From positions 1,638-65,637 of the forward strand of contig CAYLHO010000001.1 in NCBI GenBank assembly GCA_964383665.1: a stretch of 64,000 nucleotides of DNA, read 5' to 3'. Under the pieces are notes generated by a model. The model was not told where the DNA came from. It was given only the letters and a program-made list of their open reading frames with translations, and made no database searches. The translations under genes were made by a program, and so were the position numbers. This document shows, piece by piece, positions 48,077-57,760 of the stretch (position 1 is its first letter; each line of letters starts with the position of its first letter). This DNA is from an uncultured Lachnospiraceae bacterium (GTDB lineage: Bacteria; Bacillota; Clostridia; Christensenellales; UBA1242).

Positions 48077-48199
48077 CAAATTATGACGAAAAGCAATAAG
48101 CTGCTGTTAAAATTTTATTAAAAAGGGGGCTATTCCCCTTTTTTTGTTGATTTTTTTTTGAAATAAGGTTATAGTTATATTAACCAAAAGAGAGGGAAA

Positions 48200-48844
48200 A
48201 TGATTCTTGTTAAAAATTTAAGTTTAAAGTTCACAAAGGAATTTTATGCGCTGTTTGAAATTAACCTTGAAATTAAAAAGGGCGAGGCTGTTGCGTTGCT
48301 TGGCGAGGAACACAGCGGAAAAACAACTCTTTTAAGGGTTCTTTCTAAACTTGAAAAGGATTACACAGGCGAAGTTTACATCAAAAACATTCCGCTTAAG
48401 AAAGTGGATTTTTCTGTTGATGTTAACATGGGATATATTCCTGCTGCTCCTGTTTTTCTTGAGAAGAAAACAGTTTACCAAAACCTTCAAGAACTTTTGA
48501 AATCCAGAAAAATTAACAAATCACAACGAGAAGAAAAAATTAACAAACTTTTGATTGAATATAATCTTGAAAAATATCGCGACGAAAAAGTTAAAAATCT
48601 TTCACTTTTCGAAAAATATATTCTTTCAATTGCGCGCCTTTCTCTTCGAGAAATTGAAATTGTTTTGATTGATAACATTTTTGAAAATCTTTCAGAAGAG
48701 GAATATGAAAAGGTTTGCGAACTTATTAAAAAACAATTCCTTCAAAACAAAGTTACAACTGTTGTTGCAACAACATCTTCCTCGGTTGCCAAGGACTTGA
48801 CAAAACGAACAATTAAGTTTAAACTTGGCTCGATAATGGAATAG
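48200..48844 (+). CDS. degenerate ABC-type ATPase-like protein
   Basis: Walker A GEEHSGKT is retained. The Q-loop Gln (GYIPAAP), signature (LSLFE instead of LSGGQ), catalytic Glu (LIDN) and H-loop His (ATTSSS) are all substituted. Confidence 0.7.
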   Translation: MILVKNLSLKFTKEFYALFEINLEIKKGEAVALLGEEHSGKTTLLRVLSKLEKDYTGEVYIKNIPLKKVDFSVDVNMGYIPAAPVFLEKKTVYQNLQELLKSRKINKSQREEKINKLLIEYNLEKYRDEKVKNLSLFEKYILSIARLSLREIEIVLIDNIFENLSEEEYEKVCELIKKQFLQNKVTTVVATTSSSVAKDLTKRTIKFKLGSIME

Positions 48845-48885
48845 CAAAAGAAAAAATTTTAACTTGAATTAAACTTGGGAGCAGT

Positions 48886-49236
48886 ATGAAAAACGAAAAT
48901 GCTATTTTCACAGTTCAATCTAACAGAGATCTTTTTTCAACAGAGCGTGTTGCTGGAAAAAAACTTCATGTTGTTGACTATAAAAGATTTTTTAAGAATA
49001 AAGAACTTATTAAAATCCTTGAAAACGAGGCTCTTTGCGAAACGGCAAAGGCTTTCTTGAACGGAAATTTGAATCTTGCTTTGGCTTCAACAAATTCTTA
49101 CATGCATAGGAACACTCTTATCTATCGCATTGAAAAAATTAACGCAACAATTGGGCTTGATTTGAAGAAATTTGAGGATTGCGTTCTTTTTGTTAACATG
49201 TTAGAAATCTATAAAATGGTGGTAAGCAAAAAATGA
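48886..49236 (+). CDS. small PucR/CdaR-C-terminal-type HTH protein
   Basis: LALASTNSYMHRNTLIYRIEKINATIGLDLKKFEDCVLF matches the PucR-family C-terminal HTH pattern. The stop overlaps the next start (ATGA). Confidence 0.6.
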   Translation: MKNENAIFTVQSNRDLFSTERVAGKKLHVVDYKRFFKNKELIKILENEALCETAKAFLNGNLNLALASTNSYMHRNTLIYRIEKINATIGLDLKKFEDCVLFVNMLEIYKMVVSKK

Positions 49237-50171
49237 TGTTTAAAAACTCATGTAAATTAGTTGCTGCAAATTTCGCAATCGTTTGGAAGTTGATTCTTTA
49301 TTACATTATTGTTGCAGGAATCACAATTGGCTTGATTGCTCCTTTTTTTGGAACAATTGGTGAGTTTTTTAATGCAAGCGGAACGCTTAACGAAATTGGA
49401 ACTCTTTTAACAAGATTCAACGTTTCGGTTAATCCTTTCGATCTTATTGTTGATCTTAACACTGTTTTAACAAATCTTTTGAATTTAATTTTTGAGTTTT
49501 TCTTTGCTAAAACATGGGTCGCAATTTATTTAAGCGTTGTTGTTTTCTATGTTTTCCCATTCCTTCTTGGGCTTGCCGACCTTGCGGTTGGGCAATCGCT
49601 TTTTGGATATATGAGCAGTTTAACAAGATATTCGTTCGTTGGGTCATACATGAAGTTTTTTGCTCGCAGCGCAAGATTCCAACTTTTCAAAACCCTTGTT
49701 ATGCTTCCAGTTAATTTGCTTATCATAACTCTTCTTGTTTTAACCCTTCGTTTAACTCTTATTGGCGGAGTTATGGTTTATTTCATGCCGTTCATTATTG
49801 TTGCGGTTTTAATTATTTTGATGTCGCTTAAGAAAACATTTTTTGCGGGGTGGATGCCAGCAATTGTTGTTTACGATTGCAACATGTTCAAAGGGTTTGC
49901 AAAAGGCTTTAAAGCGGTTATGAGAAGATTTTTCAAAATATTCTCAAATGCGCTTGTTATAATGCTTCTTTGCGTTGGAATTATCTATGTTTTTGGAACA
50001 TTTGCATCGCCAGTTCTTGTTCCATTCTTTGCGGTTTTCTTCTATGTTTTTGAAATGGTTATGTTCTTTGGAAGCCAAGGAATGAGATATTATGTTGACC
50101 TTGACACAATCCTTTCGCCAAAACGTTTGGAAGAAAGCGATTCATTTAAAAAAGTTAAAAAAATTATTTAA
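49233..50171 (+). CDS. polytopic membrane protein, unknown function
   Basis: 312 aa with at least 6 hydrophobic segments. Translationally coupled to the HTH gene. Confidence 0.7.
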   Translation: MMFKNSCKLVAANFAIVWKLILYYIIVAGITIGLIAPFFGTIGEFFNASGTLNEIGTLLTRFNVSVNPFDLIVDLNTVLTNLLNLIFEFFFAKTWVAIYLSVVVFYVFPFLLGLADLAVGQSLFGYMSSLTRYSFVGSYMKFFARSARFQLFKTLVMLPVNLLIITLLVLTLRLTLIGGVMVYFMPFIIVAVLIILMSLKKTFFAGWMPAIVVYDCNMFKGFAKGFKAVMRRFFKIFSNALVIMLLCVGIIYVFGTFASPVLVPFFAVFFYVFEMVMFFGSQGMRYYVDLDTILSPKRLEESDSFKKVKKII

Positions 50172-50307
50172 TTTATTTTTTCTGCAACTTAAAAAACATT
50201 AAATTGTTTAAATCAATTCAAGAGATAAAGGCAAAATTTGCCAAATTTTTAAATTGAAAATAAAGCAATATTTTTTGCTTTAAATATATTATATAAAGGA
50301 ATATTTT

Positions 50308-52182
50308 ATGGAAAAAAATGAAAAAACATTAACAAAAGATGCAAGCGCTCCAAAAAAGCGTAATTTTGTTGCAAAAAAACAAGCACCAAAAAAGGAACAA
50401 CCAAAAAAGGAGCAAACAAAAAAGGCGGAAGGCAAGGTTGCTTTGAAAAAACAACCAAAGGAAAAGACAAGCGAAAAAGCGGTTGAAACAAAACCTTTGG
50501 CAAAAGCAAAAGAAGTTGCTGGGAAAAGCTCAAAAAAGCCAGTTAAAATAACTTTCCTTGGGGGAGTTGGAGAAATTGGAAAAAACATGACCGCAATTGA
50601 ATATGACAACGAGATTATTGTTATTGATGGCGGGCTTTCTTTCCCAACAGGGGAATTTCCGGGAATTGATCTTGTTGTTCCAGACATTTCCTATCTTCTT
50701 GCAAACAAAAGCAAGGTTAAGGGAATTTTGTTAACTCACGGGCATGAAGATCATATTGGCGGACTTCCATATGTTTTAAACGAACTTAAAGTTCCGGTTT
50801 ATGGAACAGCAATGACTCTTGCGCTTCTTGACAACAAAATGCAAGAACACAAAATTGAGTATAAAGGGGTTTGCGTTAAGCCAAAAAACCTTTTAAAAAT
50901 TGGGAATTTCCAAGTTGAATTTATTAAGGTTAGCCATTCAATCGCAGGCTCGCTTGCCCTTTCAATTTCAACCCCTTGCGGGAACATTATCCACACAGGC
51001 GATTTTAAAATTGATTTTGAACCAATTGACGGCGTTATGACCGACTTAACTCGTTTTGGCGAACTTGGGAAGAAAGGCGTTAACCTTCTTCTTTGCGAAA
51101 GCACAAACGTTTGCCGAAAGGGATATTCAATGAGCGAATCTAACGTTGGGAGAACTCTTGAAACGTTGTTTGACAAATTTAAAGGAAAACGACTTTTTGT
51201 TGCAACTTTCGCTTCCAATGTCCACCGTCTTCAACAACTTCTTTGGCTTGCAGAAAAGTTTAAGAGAAAAGTTGCTTTTGCAGGGCGAAGCATGATTAAC
51301 GTTACAGAGGCTGCAGCAAAAATTGGTGAAATTTCTTATGATAAGAATAATATAATCGACATGGACAAAATTGACAAATATGCCGATGGCGAATTGCTTA
51401 TTCTTTGCACGGGAAGCCAAGGTGAGCCTTTAAGCGCGCTAACGAGAATGGCGCATGGCGAATTTAACAAAGTTAAACTTGATGACGGCGACGTTGTTAT
51501 TTTCTCGGCATCTCCAATTCCCGGAAACGAGAAGGCAGTTTACAACGTTATCAACGAGCTTTTCAAAAAGGGTGTTGATGTTATTTATGATGAGCTTGCC
51601 GATGTTCATGCTTCGGGTCACGCTTGCCAAGAAGAACTTAAAACCATTCACGCATTAACAAATCCAAAATTTTTCATTCCTGTTCATGGCGAATATCGTC
51701 ATCTTAAACAACATAAAGAACTTGCTGTTGCAATGGGAATGAACTCAAGAGATATAATTTTGCCAGAACTTGGAATGCAAGTTGAAATGGGCGAAAACTA
51801 TATTAAACAAGCGGGATATGTTACAGCAGGAATTCGTCTTGTTGACGGGTCGGGGCTTGGCGACATGGGAAGTTCAGTTTTGAAAGAAAGAAAACAACTT
51901 TCGGAAGAGGGATTCTGTGTTGTTGTTTTAAACATGAGTTCCCTTTCGGGCGAAGCTGGATTTGAGCCGTTCATAATAACCCGCGGTGTTGTTTATGACA
52001 AAGAGGCAGAGGAGTTTACACAAGATGCAAGAAAAGTTATTGCATCGACTCTTCGCGAACAGGATTTGCGCTCATTCGATCCAAATGAGATTAAGGCGAA
52101 TGTTAAAAAAGTTCTTTCGAATTTCATCTTCAAAAGAACTAAACGTCGCCCAATGATATTAACAATTTTGCTTATGGCTTAA
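50308..52182 (+). CDS. rnj: ribonuclease J with a ~75-aa Lys-rich N-terminal extension
   Basis: ITFLGGVGEIGKNM, HGHEDHIGG metallo-beta-lactamase motif, beta-CASP and C-terminal domain. The N-terminus is KKRNFVAKKQAPKKEQPKKEQTKK... Confidence 0.93.
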   Translation: MEKNEKTLTKDASAPKKRNFVAKKQAPKKEQPKKEQTKKAEGKVALKKQPKEKTSEKAVETKPLAKAKEVAGKSSKKPVKITFLGGVGEIGKNMTAIEYDNEIIVIDGGLSFPTGEFPGIDLVVPDISYLLANKSKVKGILLTHGHEDHIGGLPYVLNELKVPVYGTAMTLALLDNKMQEHKIEYKGVCVKPKNLLKIGNFQVEFIKVSHSIAGSLALSISTPCGNIIHTGDFKIDFEPIDGVMTDLTRFGELGKKGVNLLLCESTNVCRKGYSMSESNVGRTLETLFDKFKGKRLFVATFASNVHRLQQLLWLAEKFKRKVAFAGRSMINVTEAAAKIGEISYDKNNIIDMDKIDKYADGELLILCTGSQGEPLSALTRMAHGEFNKVKLDDGDVVIFSASPIPGNEKAVYNVINELFKKGVDVIYDELADVHASGHACQEELKTIHALTNPKFFIPVHGEYRHLKQHKELAVAMGMNSRDIILPELGMQVEMGENYIKQAGYVTAGIRLVDGSGLGDMGSSVLKERKQLSEEGFCVVVLNMSSLSGEAGFEPFIITRGVVYDKEAEEFTQDARKVIASTLREQDLRSFDPNEIKANVKKVLSNFIFKRTKRRPMILTILLMA

Positions 52183-52469
52183 GATTTGTTTTGCGCTTTG
52201 AAATCGTATGCGCGAGAAGTTGGAGTGTTAACGCCATAAAGTTCAACAAGGATTGCGTCTTCGCCAATTTTGCAAATTTGTGAAAACGGAATGAAAAGGT
52301 CGTTCCCGCCTTTCAAAAATCCAAAAATTGATTTATTTCCCGGAACAACAATTCCGCTAACTTGGCTTGTTTGAAGCGAAATAACAATGTCAACGATATG
52401 CCCAAGGCGTGTTCCGTCGACAATGTTAATAACCTCTTTGCATCTTAAATCCAAGAATGAAGACTCCAA
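52179..52469 (-). CDS. ylmC: PRC-barrel sporulation protein YlmC/YmxH family
   Basis: LRCKEVINIVDGTRLGHIVDIVI...GIVVPG...IPFSQICKIGEDAILVE. The start is placed at the TTG at 52467-52469. The ATG at 52577 in the ORF track would make the CDS run through the nrdR terminator hairpin at 52542-52566. Confidence 0.75.
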   Translation of the reverse strand: MESSFLDLRCKEVINIVDGTRLGHIVDIVISLQTSQVSGIVVPGNKSIFGFLKGGNDLFIPFSQICKIGEDAILVELYGVNTPTSRAYDFKAQNKS

Positions 52470-52541
52470 ATTATGTTCCTTTTTAATATGTATATATGAT
52501 GAAAATGCAAAAAATAACACCATAAAACAATTTTCGACAAC

Positions 52542-52566
52542 AAAAAAACCGCAAACGCGGTTTTTA
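52542..52566 (-). terminator. rho-independent terminator downstream of nrdR
   Basis: On the minus strand: AAAAA-ACCGC-GTTT-GCGGT-TTTTTTT. Confidence 0.7.
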
Positions 52567-52578
52567 TTTTTTAACAAA

Positions 52579-53022
52579 TTAAAGAGTTTGAAGGAAGTTG
52601 ATTAAGTTTGAAACGTCTTCAAATTTTCTGTAGACACAGGCGAAGCGAATGTATGCAATTTCGTCAAGTTCTTTAAGTTTTTTCATAACAAGTTCGCCAA
52701 TTTCGGTTGAACTTATTTCTTGATTAAGAGAGTTGGTTAATGTTTTTTCAATGTCCATAACAACTTCTTCAATTTGGCTCATGCTAACAGGGCGTTTTTC
52801 GCACGCTTTAATGATTCCTTTTTTAATTTTTTCTGGGTCAAAGGTTTGGCGGCTTCCATCTGTTTTAACAACCAAAATTGGTGTTGTTTCAACAGTTTCA
52901 TATGTTGTGAATCTCTTTCCGCAATTCAAGCATTCTCTTCTTCTTCGAATTGAGTTCGATTCATCGGTTGAGCGCGAATCAATAACCTTGCTGTCAAAGT
53001 ATCCACAATATATACATTTCAT
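52579..53022 (-). CDS. nrdR: transcriptional repressor NrdR
   Basis: MKCIYCGYFDSKVIDSR...RRRECLNCGKRFTTYE zinc ribbon plus ATP-cone. AGAGGTG RBS before ATG 53020-53022. Confidence 0.95.
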   Translation of the reverse strand: MKCIYCGYFDSKVIDSRSTDESNSIRRRRECLNCGKRFTTYETVETTPILVVKTDGSRQTFDPEKIKKGIIKACEKRPVSMSQIEEVVMDIEKTLTNSLNQEISSTEIGELVMKKLKELDEIAYIRFACVYRKFEDVSNLINFLQTL

Positions 53023-53126
53023 TTTGCACCTCTTTTCAATATCTAGATATAATTTAGCACAACGAACTTTAAAAAACAAGCGAATTTCAAAACAATTTCA
53101 TTTCAAGAAAACTTTAAACATAGAAT

Positions 53127-53375
53127 ATGAGTATGAAAGTTATTTCGCTTTGTGAATGTGAGAAAAACAAAGAATATGTTGTTCAAAAAGTTGAAGAGGA
53201 AAGCGTTGGTGTTTCAAGGCGACTTAGCGAACTTGGGTTTTACGCTGGGGCAAAAGTTCGCGTTTCGTGTTTTTCGGCGCTTAAGAAAACAATTCTTGTT
53301 GAACTTGAGGGCTACACGCTTTCTCTTCGCTCAAGCATTGCAAACGGAATTAAAGTTTTGGAGGCGAAAACATGA
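53127..53375 (+). CDS. feoA: ferrous iron transport protein FeoA
   Basis: SH3-like FeoA pattern (L..C..G..Y.V..V......RLSELGF..G..V.V) immediately upstream of and overlapping feoB. Confidence 0.85.
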   Translation: MSMKVISLCECEKNKEYVVQKVEEESVGVSRRLSELGFYAGAKVRVSCFSALKKTILVELEGYTLSLRSSIANGIKVLEAKT

Positions 53376-55456
53376 TTATAAGAAAAATTAACAATCCGCT
53401 TTCAAAACTTTTAGCAAAAAAAATTAAGGTTGGGGCGCAAAGCGAAAAAGAAAAAATTTTGCTTGTTGGGAATCCAAACACCGGGAAAACAACTCTTTTT
53501 AATTCGCTAACACGCTCAAACGAGCATGTTGGGAATTGGCATGGTGTTACGGTTAGCGAAAAGGAAAAAGTTTTTTCGGTTGGCGAAAAACAATATGTCC
53601 TTGTTGATCTTCCGGGGCTTTATTCTTTAACGCCGTTAAGTTATGAGGAAGAAGTTGCAAGCCGATATGTTTTCGAAAATTCAACATGTCAAATTATTAA
53701 CATTTGCGACATCAACAATCTTAAAAGAAATCTTTTTTTAACGTTTCAACTTCAGGAATTTGGAAACATAATTCTTTTTGTTAACACATTCAAAAATGTT
53801 AAAAAAAAGGATGAAAAATTAATTGAAAAAATTAACGAAGCAAAAATTGTGTTAAATAAATTAAATATAAAATTTTTTATTGGAAATGCGGAAAATAAAA
53901 ATGACATTAAATTATTTAAAAAAGAATTAAATAATTTAAAAAAACATGAAATTAATGTTAATTTAAATAAAATTCAAGAAAAATATGATAAAAATAATAA
54001 TTTAAATTTTGAAATTGAAAATTCGAAAAAATTTAAATATATTAATTCATTTTTTAAAGTTCAAAAAAATGATGAAGCATATGGAGCTTCAAAACTTGAC
54101 AAAATTTTTCTTAACAAATTTTTGGCGCTTCCAATTTTTTTTGGAATTTTGTTCCTTGTTTTCTATTTAACTTTTTTTTCGCTTGGGGCTTTTCTTTCCG
54201 ATCTTCTTCGAACATTGATTCAAGATGTTATTGGAGGACAAATTGTTTCGTGGCTTAAAAGTGTTTGCAGCATTGCATGGGTTGTTGACCTTGTTCAAAC
54301 GGGAATTATTGGAGGGGTTGGAAGCATTCTTTCGTTCCTCCCACAAGTTATTTTGCTTTTCTTTTTTCTTTCGTTAATTGAGGACAGCGGATATCTTGCG
54401 AGAATTGCTTTTTTATTTGAAGATGTTTTTGCAAAAGTTGGGTTAAGCGGAAAAAGTGTGTATTCTCTTCTTATGGGGTTTGGCTGCTCAACAACAGCTG
54501 CGCTTACGGCAAGAAACATGGAGGATAAAAATGCAAAAATTAAAACAGCGCTTCTAACGCCATATATGAGTTGCAGCGCAAAACTTCCAATTTATGCTGT
54601 TATTGGCGGGGCATTTTTTGGGGCAACAAATGTTTTTGTTATTTTTGGGCTTTATATGCTTGGGGTTTTTGTTGCAATTTTGTTAAGCCTTGCTTTGGAA
54701 AAGAAAGTTCTTAAAAGCAAAGAACAATCTTTCATTTTGGAATTTCCTGCATATCGAGTTCCATCATTAAAACGCGTTTTGAAAATTCTTTGGGAAAACA
54801 TTAAACTTTTTCTTGTTCGAATTGGAACAGTAATTTTTTCGCTTAACATTGTTGTTTGGCTTTTGCAAAGTTTTTCGTTTGGATTTAAATTTGTTCCAAC
54901 TGATGGCGGAACAAGCATGCTTGAAACAATTGGGGGAATTGTTGCACCAATTTTTATTCCTCTTGGTTTTGGGAACTGGGGAGCAACATCTGCGCTTATT
55001 GCTGGACTTGCGGCAAAGGAAATTATTGTTAGTTCAATTGCGATGTTTAACAGGGTTGATGTTTCGGTCGACAGTTTGAACAGTCAAACCATGAGGTCGA
55101 TAACGAACCCTCTTGCTGCGGTTTATTTTACGCCCGCAAGCGCACTTTCATTCATGATTTTTTGCCTCTTATATTCTCCATGTCTTGCAACGATTTCTGT
55201 TTTTAAAAAGGAAATTGGGAACAAATGGACATGGATTTCAATTGGCTTGCAATTTGCAATTGCCTATGTTTTAGCATTTGCTGCTTACAAAATTTATCAG
55301 CTTGTTGAGATTGTTGGCGCGCTTAACTCAATTTGGATTTTCCTTGGGATTTTTGCAATTGTTTTTTCAATTTATTTTGCAATAACAAAAATTAAAAAGA
55401 AAAAATTTTGCAGTTATAATAACTGTGATAAATGTAAAAAATGCGAGAAAAAATAA
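53372..55456 (+). CDS. feoB: ferrous iron transporter FeoB, with an N/K-rich insertion after the G domain
   Basis: LVGNPNTGKTTLFN G1, DLPGLYSL G3, polytopic permease with gate motifs. The Cys-rich C-terminus is CSYNNCDKCKKCEKK. Confidence 0.92.
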   Translation: MIIRKINNPLSKLLAKKIKVGAQSEKEKILLVGNPNTGKTTLFNSLTRSNEHVGNWHGVTVSEKEKVFSVGEKQYVLVDLPGLYSLTPLSYEEEVASRYVFENSTCQIINICDINNLKRNLFLTFQLQEFGNIILFVNTFKNVKKKDEKLIEKINEAKIVLNKLNIKFFIGNAENKNDIKLFKKELNNLKKHEINVNLNKIQEKYDKNNNLNFEIENSKKFKYINSFFKVQKNDEAYGASKLDKIFLNKFLALPIFFGILFLVFYLTFFSLGAFLSDLLRTLIQDVIGGQIVSWLKSVCSIAWVVDLVQTGIIGGVGSILSFLPQVILLFFFLSLIEDSGYLARIAFLFEDVFAKVGLSGKSVYSLLMGFGCSTTAALTARNMEDKNAKIKTALLTPYMSCSAKLPIYAVIGGAFFGATNVFVIFGLYMLGVFVAILLSLALEKKVLKSKEQSFILEFPAYRVPSLKRVLKILWENIKLFLVRIGTVIFSLNIVVWLLQSFSFGFKFVPTDGGTSMLETIGGIVAPIFIPLGFGNWGATSALIAGLAAKEIIVSSIAMFNRVDVSVDSLNSQTMRSITNPLAAVYFTPASALSFMIFCLLYSPCLATISVFKKEIGNKWTWISIGLQFAIAYVLAFAAYKIYQLVEIVGALNSIWIFLGIFAIVFSIYFAITKIKKKKFCSYNNCDKCKKCEKK

Positions 55457-55490
55457 AAAAAGAGCAAAAATTATTTTTGCTCTTAAATTT
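55455..55490. terminator. hairpin between convergent feoB and typA
   Basis: AGAGCAAAAA-TTA-TTTTTGCTCT, flanked by an A-tract that gives a T-run on the minus strand. Confidence 0.6.
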
Positions 55491-57321
55491 ATTTGTTGTT
55501 TAAACCAAGTTCTTTTGCTTTTTGGCGAAGACGCATGTTGTGGTCGAGTTCCTTCTTGCGAATTCGAATATTCTTTGGAGTTACTTCCAAAAGTTCATCG
55601 TCGCACAAAAATTCAATGCAATCTTCAAGCGTCATAACTCTTGGTGGAATTAAGCGGAGCGCTTCATCTGAACCTGAACTTCGGCAGTTTGAAAGGTGTT
55701 TTTTCTTGCAAACGTTAACGGCGATGTCGTCGCCTTTTGGATTTTGTCCAACAACCATTCCTGCATAAACTTGTGTTCCTGGGGTTATGAAAAGATCGCC
55801 GCGTTCTTGCGCGTTGAAAAGCCCGTAAACAATTGCTTCGCCGGTTTCAAAAGCGATTAAAGAACCATATTCACGGCGGTTAATTGGACCTTTATATTCT
55901 TCATATCCGCTGAAAACTGATGCCATAATTCCTTCGCCGCGAGTGTCGGTTAAAAATTCCGATTTAAAACCAAAAAGTCCGCGTTCTGGAACTTTAAATT
56001 CCATTTTCATTCTTGAATTGTGGTCGGACATTTGGATAAGTTCACCTTTTCTTGTTCCCATCTTGCTCATGATTGTTCCAACGCAGTCGGCAGGGACGTC
56101 GATTGTTAAGAAATCCATTGGTTCAAGTTTCTTTCCATTTTCTTCCAAGAAAAGAACTCTTGGCATTGAAACTTGGAATTCATAGCCGTCGCGACGCATG
56201 TTTTCAATTAATATTGAAAGGTGCATTTCGCCGCGCCCGCAAACCGTGAAGGCTTCGGTTGATGAAGTGTCGGAAACGCGAAGAGAAAGGTCTTTAACGG
56301 CTTCCTTATAAAGTCTTTCACGAAGATGTCGGCTTGTTACGAATTTTCCTTCCTTGCCGGCAAATGGGCTGTTGTTAACCATGAAAGTCATTTCAACTGT
56401 TGGCTTATCAATTTGGACGAACTCAATTGGAGAAGTTTCAACAGGGGAGCAAACAGTGTCGCCAATTTGTGCTTGTTCAATTCCAGCAATGCAAACAATG
56501 TCGCCAGCCTTTCCAACTTCCAAAGGAACGCGTTTAAGCCCAACAAATTCAAAAAGTTGAACAATTTTTCCCTTTATGTTTCTTTCTTCATGGAAATTTG
56601 TTACAACAACGTTGTCGCCAACATGAGCAGTTCCTTGCGCAATTTTTCCAATAACAAGTCTTCCAACGAAGTCGTTGTGTTCTGCGGAAGAAATTAACAT
56701 TTTTAAAGGTTTTGTTTCGTCGCCACTTGGAGCAGGAATATGTGAAATTATTGTTTCAAAAAGAGGTTTCATGTCGGTTCCAAATTTGTTTGGGTCAAGA
56801 CTTGCGTGGCCTTGGCGCGCCGAGCAGAAAACGAATGGGCTGTTAAGTTGGTCTTCGTTTGCATCAAGGTCTAGGAAAAGTTCCAAAATTTCGTCTTGAA
56901 CTTCGGAAATTCTTGCGTCTGGCTTATCAATTTTGTTAACAACAACAATAACTTTTAAGTTAAGAGCAAGTGCTTTTTCCAAAACAAAACGAGTTTGAGG
57001 CATTGCGCCTTCAAATGCGTCGACAACAAGCAAAACGCCGTCAACCATTTTTAAAACACGTTCAACCTCGCCGCCGAAATCAGCGTGTCCAGGGGTGTCG
57101 ACAACGTTAATTTTAATTCCGTTATACATGCAGCTTGCATTTTTTGAAAGAATTGTTATCCCACGTTCGCGTTCAATTGCGTTTGAGTCCATAACCCTGT
57201 CTTCAACAACTTGATTTTCATGAAAAACATTCCCTTGTTTTAAAAGTTCGTTAACAAGAGAAGTTTTGCCGTGGTCAACGTGGGCAATTATTGCAATGTT
57301 TCTAATTTTTTCGTTTGTCAT
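55489..57321 (-). CDS. typA: translational GTPase TypA/BipA
   Basis: [40 protein letters not shown]-like domains and a BipA-specific C-terminus. Confidence 0.95.
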   Translation of the reverse strand: MTNEKIRNIAIIAHVDHGKTSLVNELLKQGNVFHENQVVEDRVMDSNAIERERGITILSKNASCMYNGIKINVVDTPGHADFGGEVERVLKMVDGVLLVVDAFEGAMPQTRFVLEKALALNLKVIVVVNKIDKPDARISEVQDEILELFLDLDANEDQLNSPFVFCSARQGHASLDPNKFGTDMKPLFETIISHIPAPSGDETKPLKMLISSAEHNDFVGRLVIGKIAQGTAHVGDNVVVTNFHEERNIKGKIVQLFEFVGLKRVPLEVGKAGDIVCIAGIEQAQIGDTVCSPVETSPIEFVQIDKPTVEMTFMVNNSPFAGKEGKFVTSRHLRERLYKEAVKDLSLRVSDTSSTEAFTVCGRGEMHLSILIENMRRDGYEFQVSMPRVLFLEENGKKLEPMDFLTIDVPADCVGTIMSKMGTRKGELIQMSDHNSRMKMEFKVPERGLFGFKSEFLTDTRGEGIMASVFSGYEEYKGPINRREYGSLIAFETGEAIVYGLFNAQERGDLFITPGTQVYAGMVVGQNPKGDDIAVNVCKKKHLSNCRSSGSDEALRLIPPRVMTLEDCIEFLCDDELLEVTPKNIRIRKKELDHNMRLRQKAKELGLNNK

Positions 57322-57440
57322 AAAATTTCCTCATTTATTTTATTTATTTAACTTATTATTAAGACTTTTCGAGTATAGCACTTGAAAAGACGGGTTGCAA
57401 GTGAAAAAGCAAAAAAGTTTGAAAAAAGTTTGAAAATTTA

Positions 57441-57469
57441 TTGACAAAGTTAAGAAAACAATATAGAAT
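57441..57469 (+). promoter_or_regulatory. sigma-A promoter for tRNA-Gln
   Basis: TTGACA (57441-57446), 17-nt spacer, TAGAAT (57464-57469), 11 nt before the mature tRNA 5' end. Confidence 0.7.
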
Positions 57470-57480
57470 ATTTCACGCTA

Positions 57481-57555
57481 AGGGGTGTAGCCAAGCGGTA
57501 AGGCACCAGACTTTGACTCTGGCATGCGTAGGTTCAAATCCTGCCACCCCTGCCA
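57481..57555 (+). tRNA. tRNA-Gln (anticodon TTG)
   Basis: Acceptor AGGGGTG/CACCCCT, anticodon stem CCAGA/TCTGG with loop CT-TTG-AC, T-arm GTAGG-TTCAAAT-CCTGC, encoded CCA. Confidence 0.9.
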
Positions 57556-57560
57556 AAAGA

Positions 57561-57586
57561 ATCGCATATTAGCATGCGATTTTTTT
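57561..57586 (+). terminator. rho-independent terminator after tRNA-Gln
   Basis: ATCGCAT-ATTAGC-ATGCGAT followed by T6. Confidence 0.75.
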
Positions 57587-57760
57587 ATTTTGATATTCAA
57601 ATCAAACATATCGCGCCCCAAAAGACTTTTTTTAAAATTTAAAGAAACAATCGTCATAAATATTATAAACGAATGAAAAATGTTTAGGCTTTTGAGAAAA
57701 AGATGATATAATCAATTTTGAACAAGTAAAATGCAGTTCAACAATTAAGGGGAGAAATTT

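Noticed and set aside
44486-50200. A complete prophage or integrative island around the terminase gene.
   Set aside because: No integrase, recombinase, portal, capsid, tail, holin or endolysin-like ORF and no flanking direct repeats are visible. The neighbouring ORFs are membrane, regulatory or ABC-like, and dnaB and rnj flank the region tightly.
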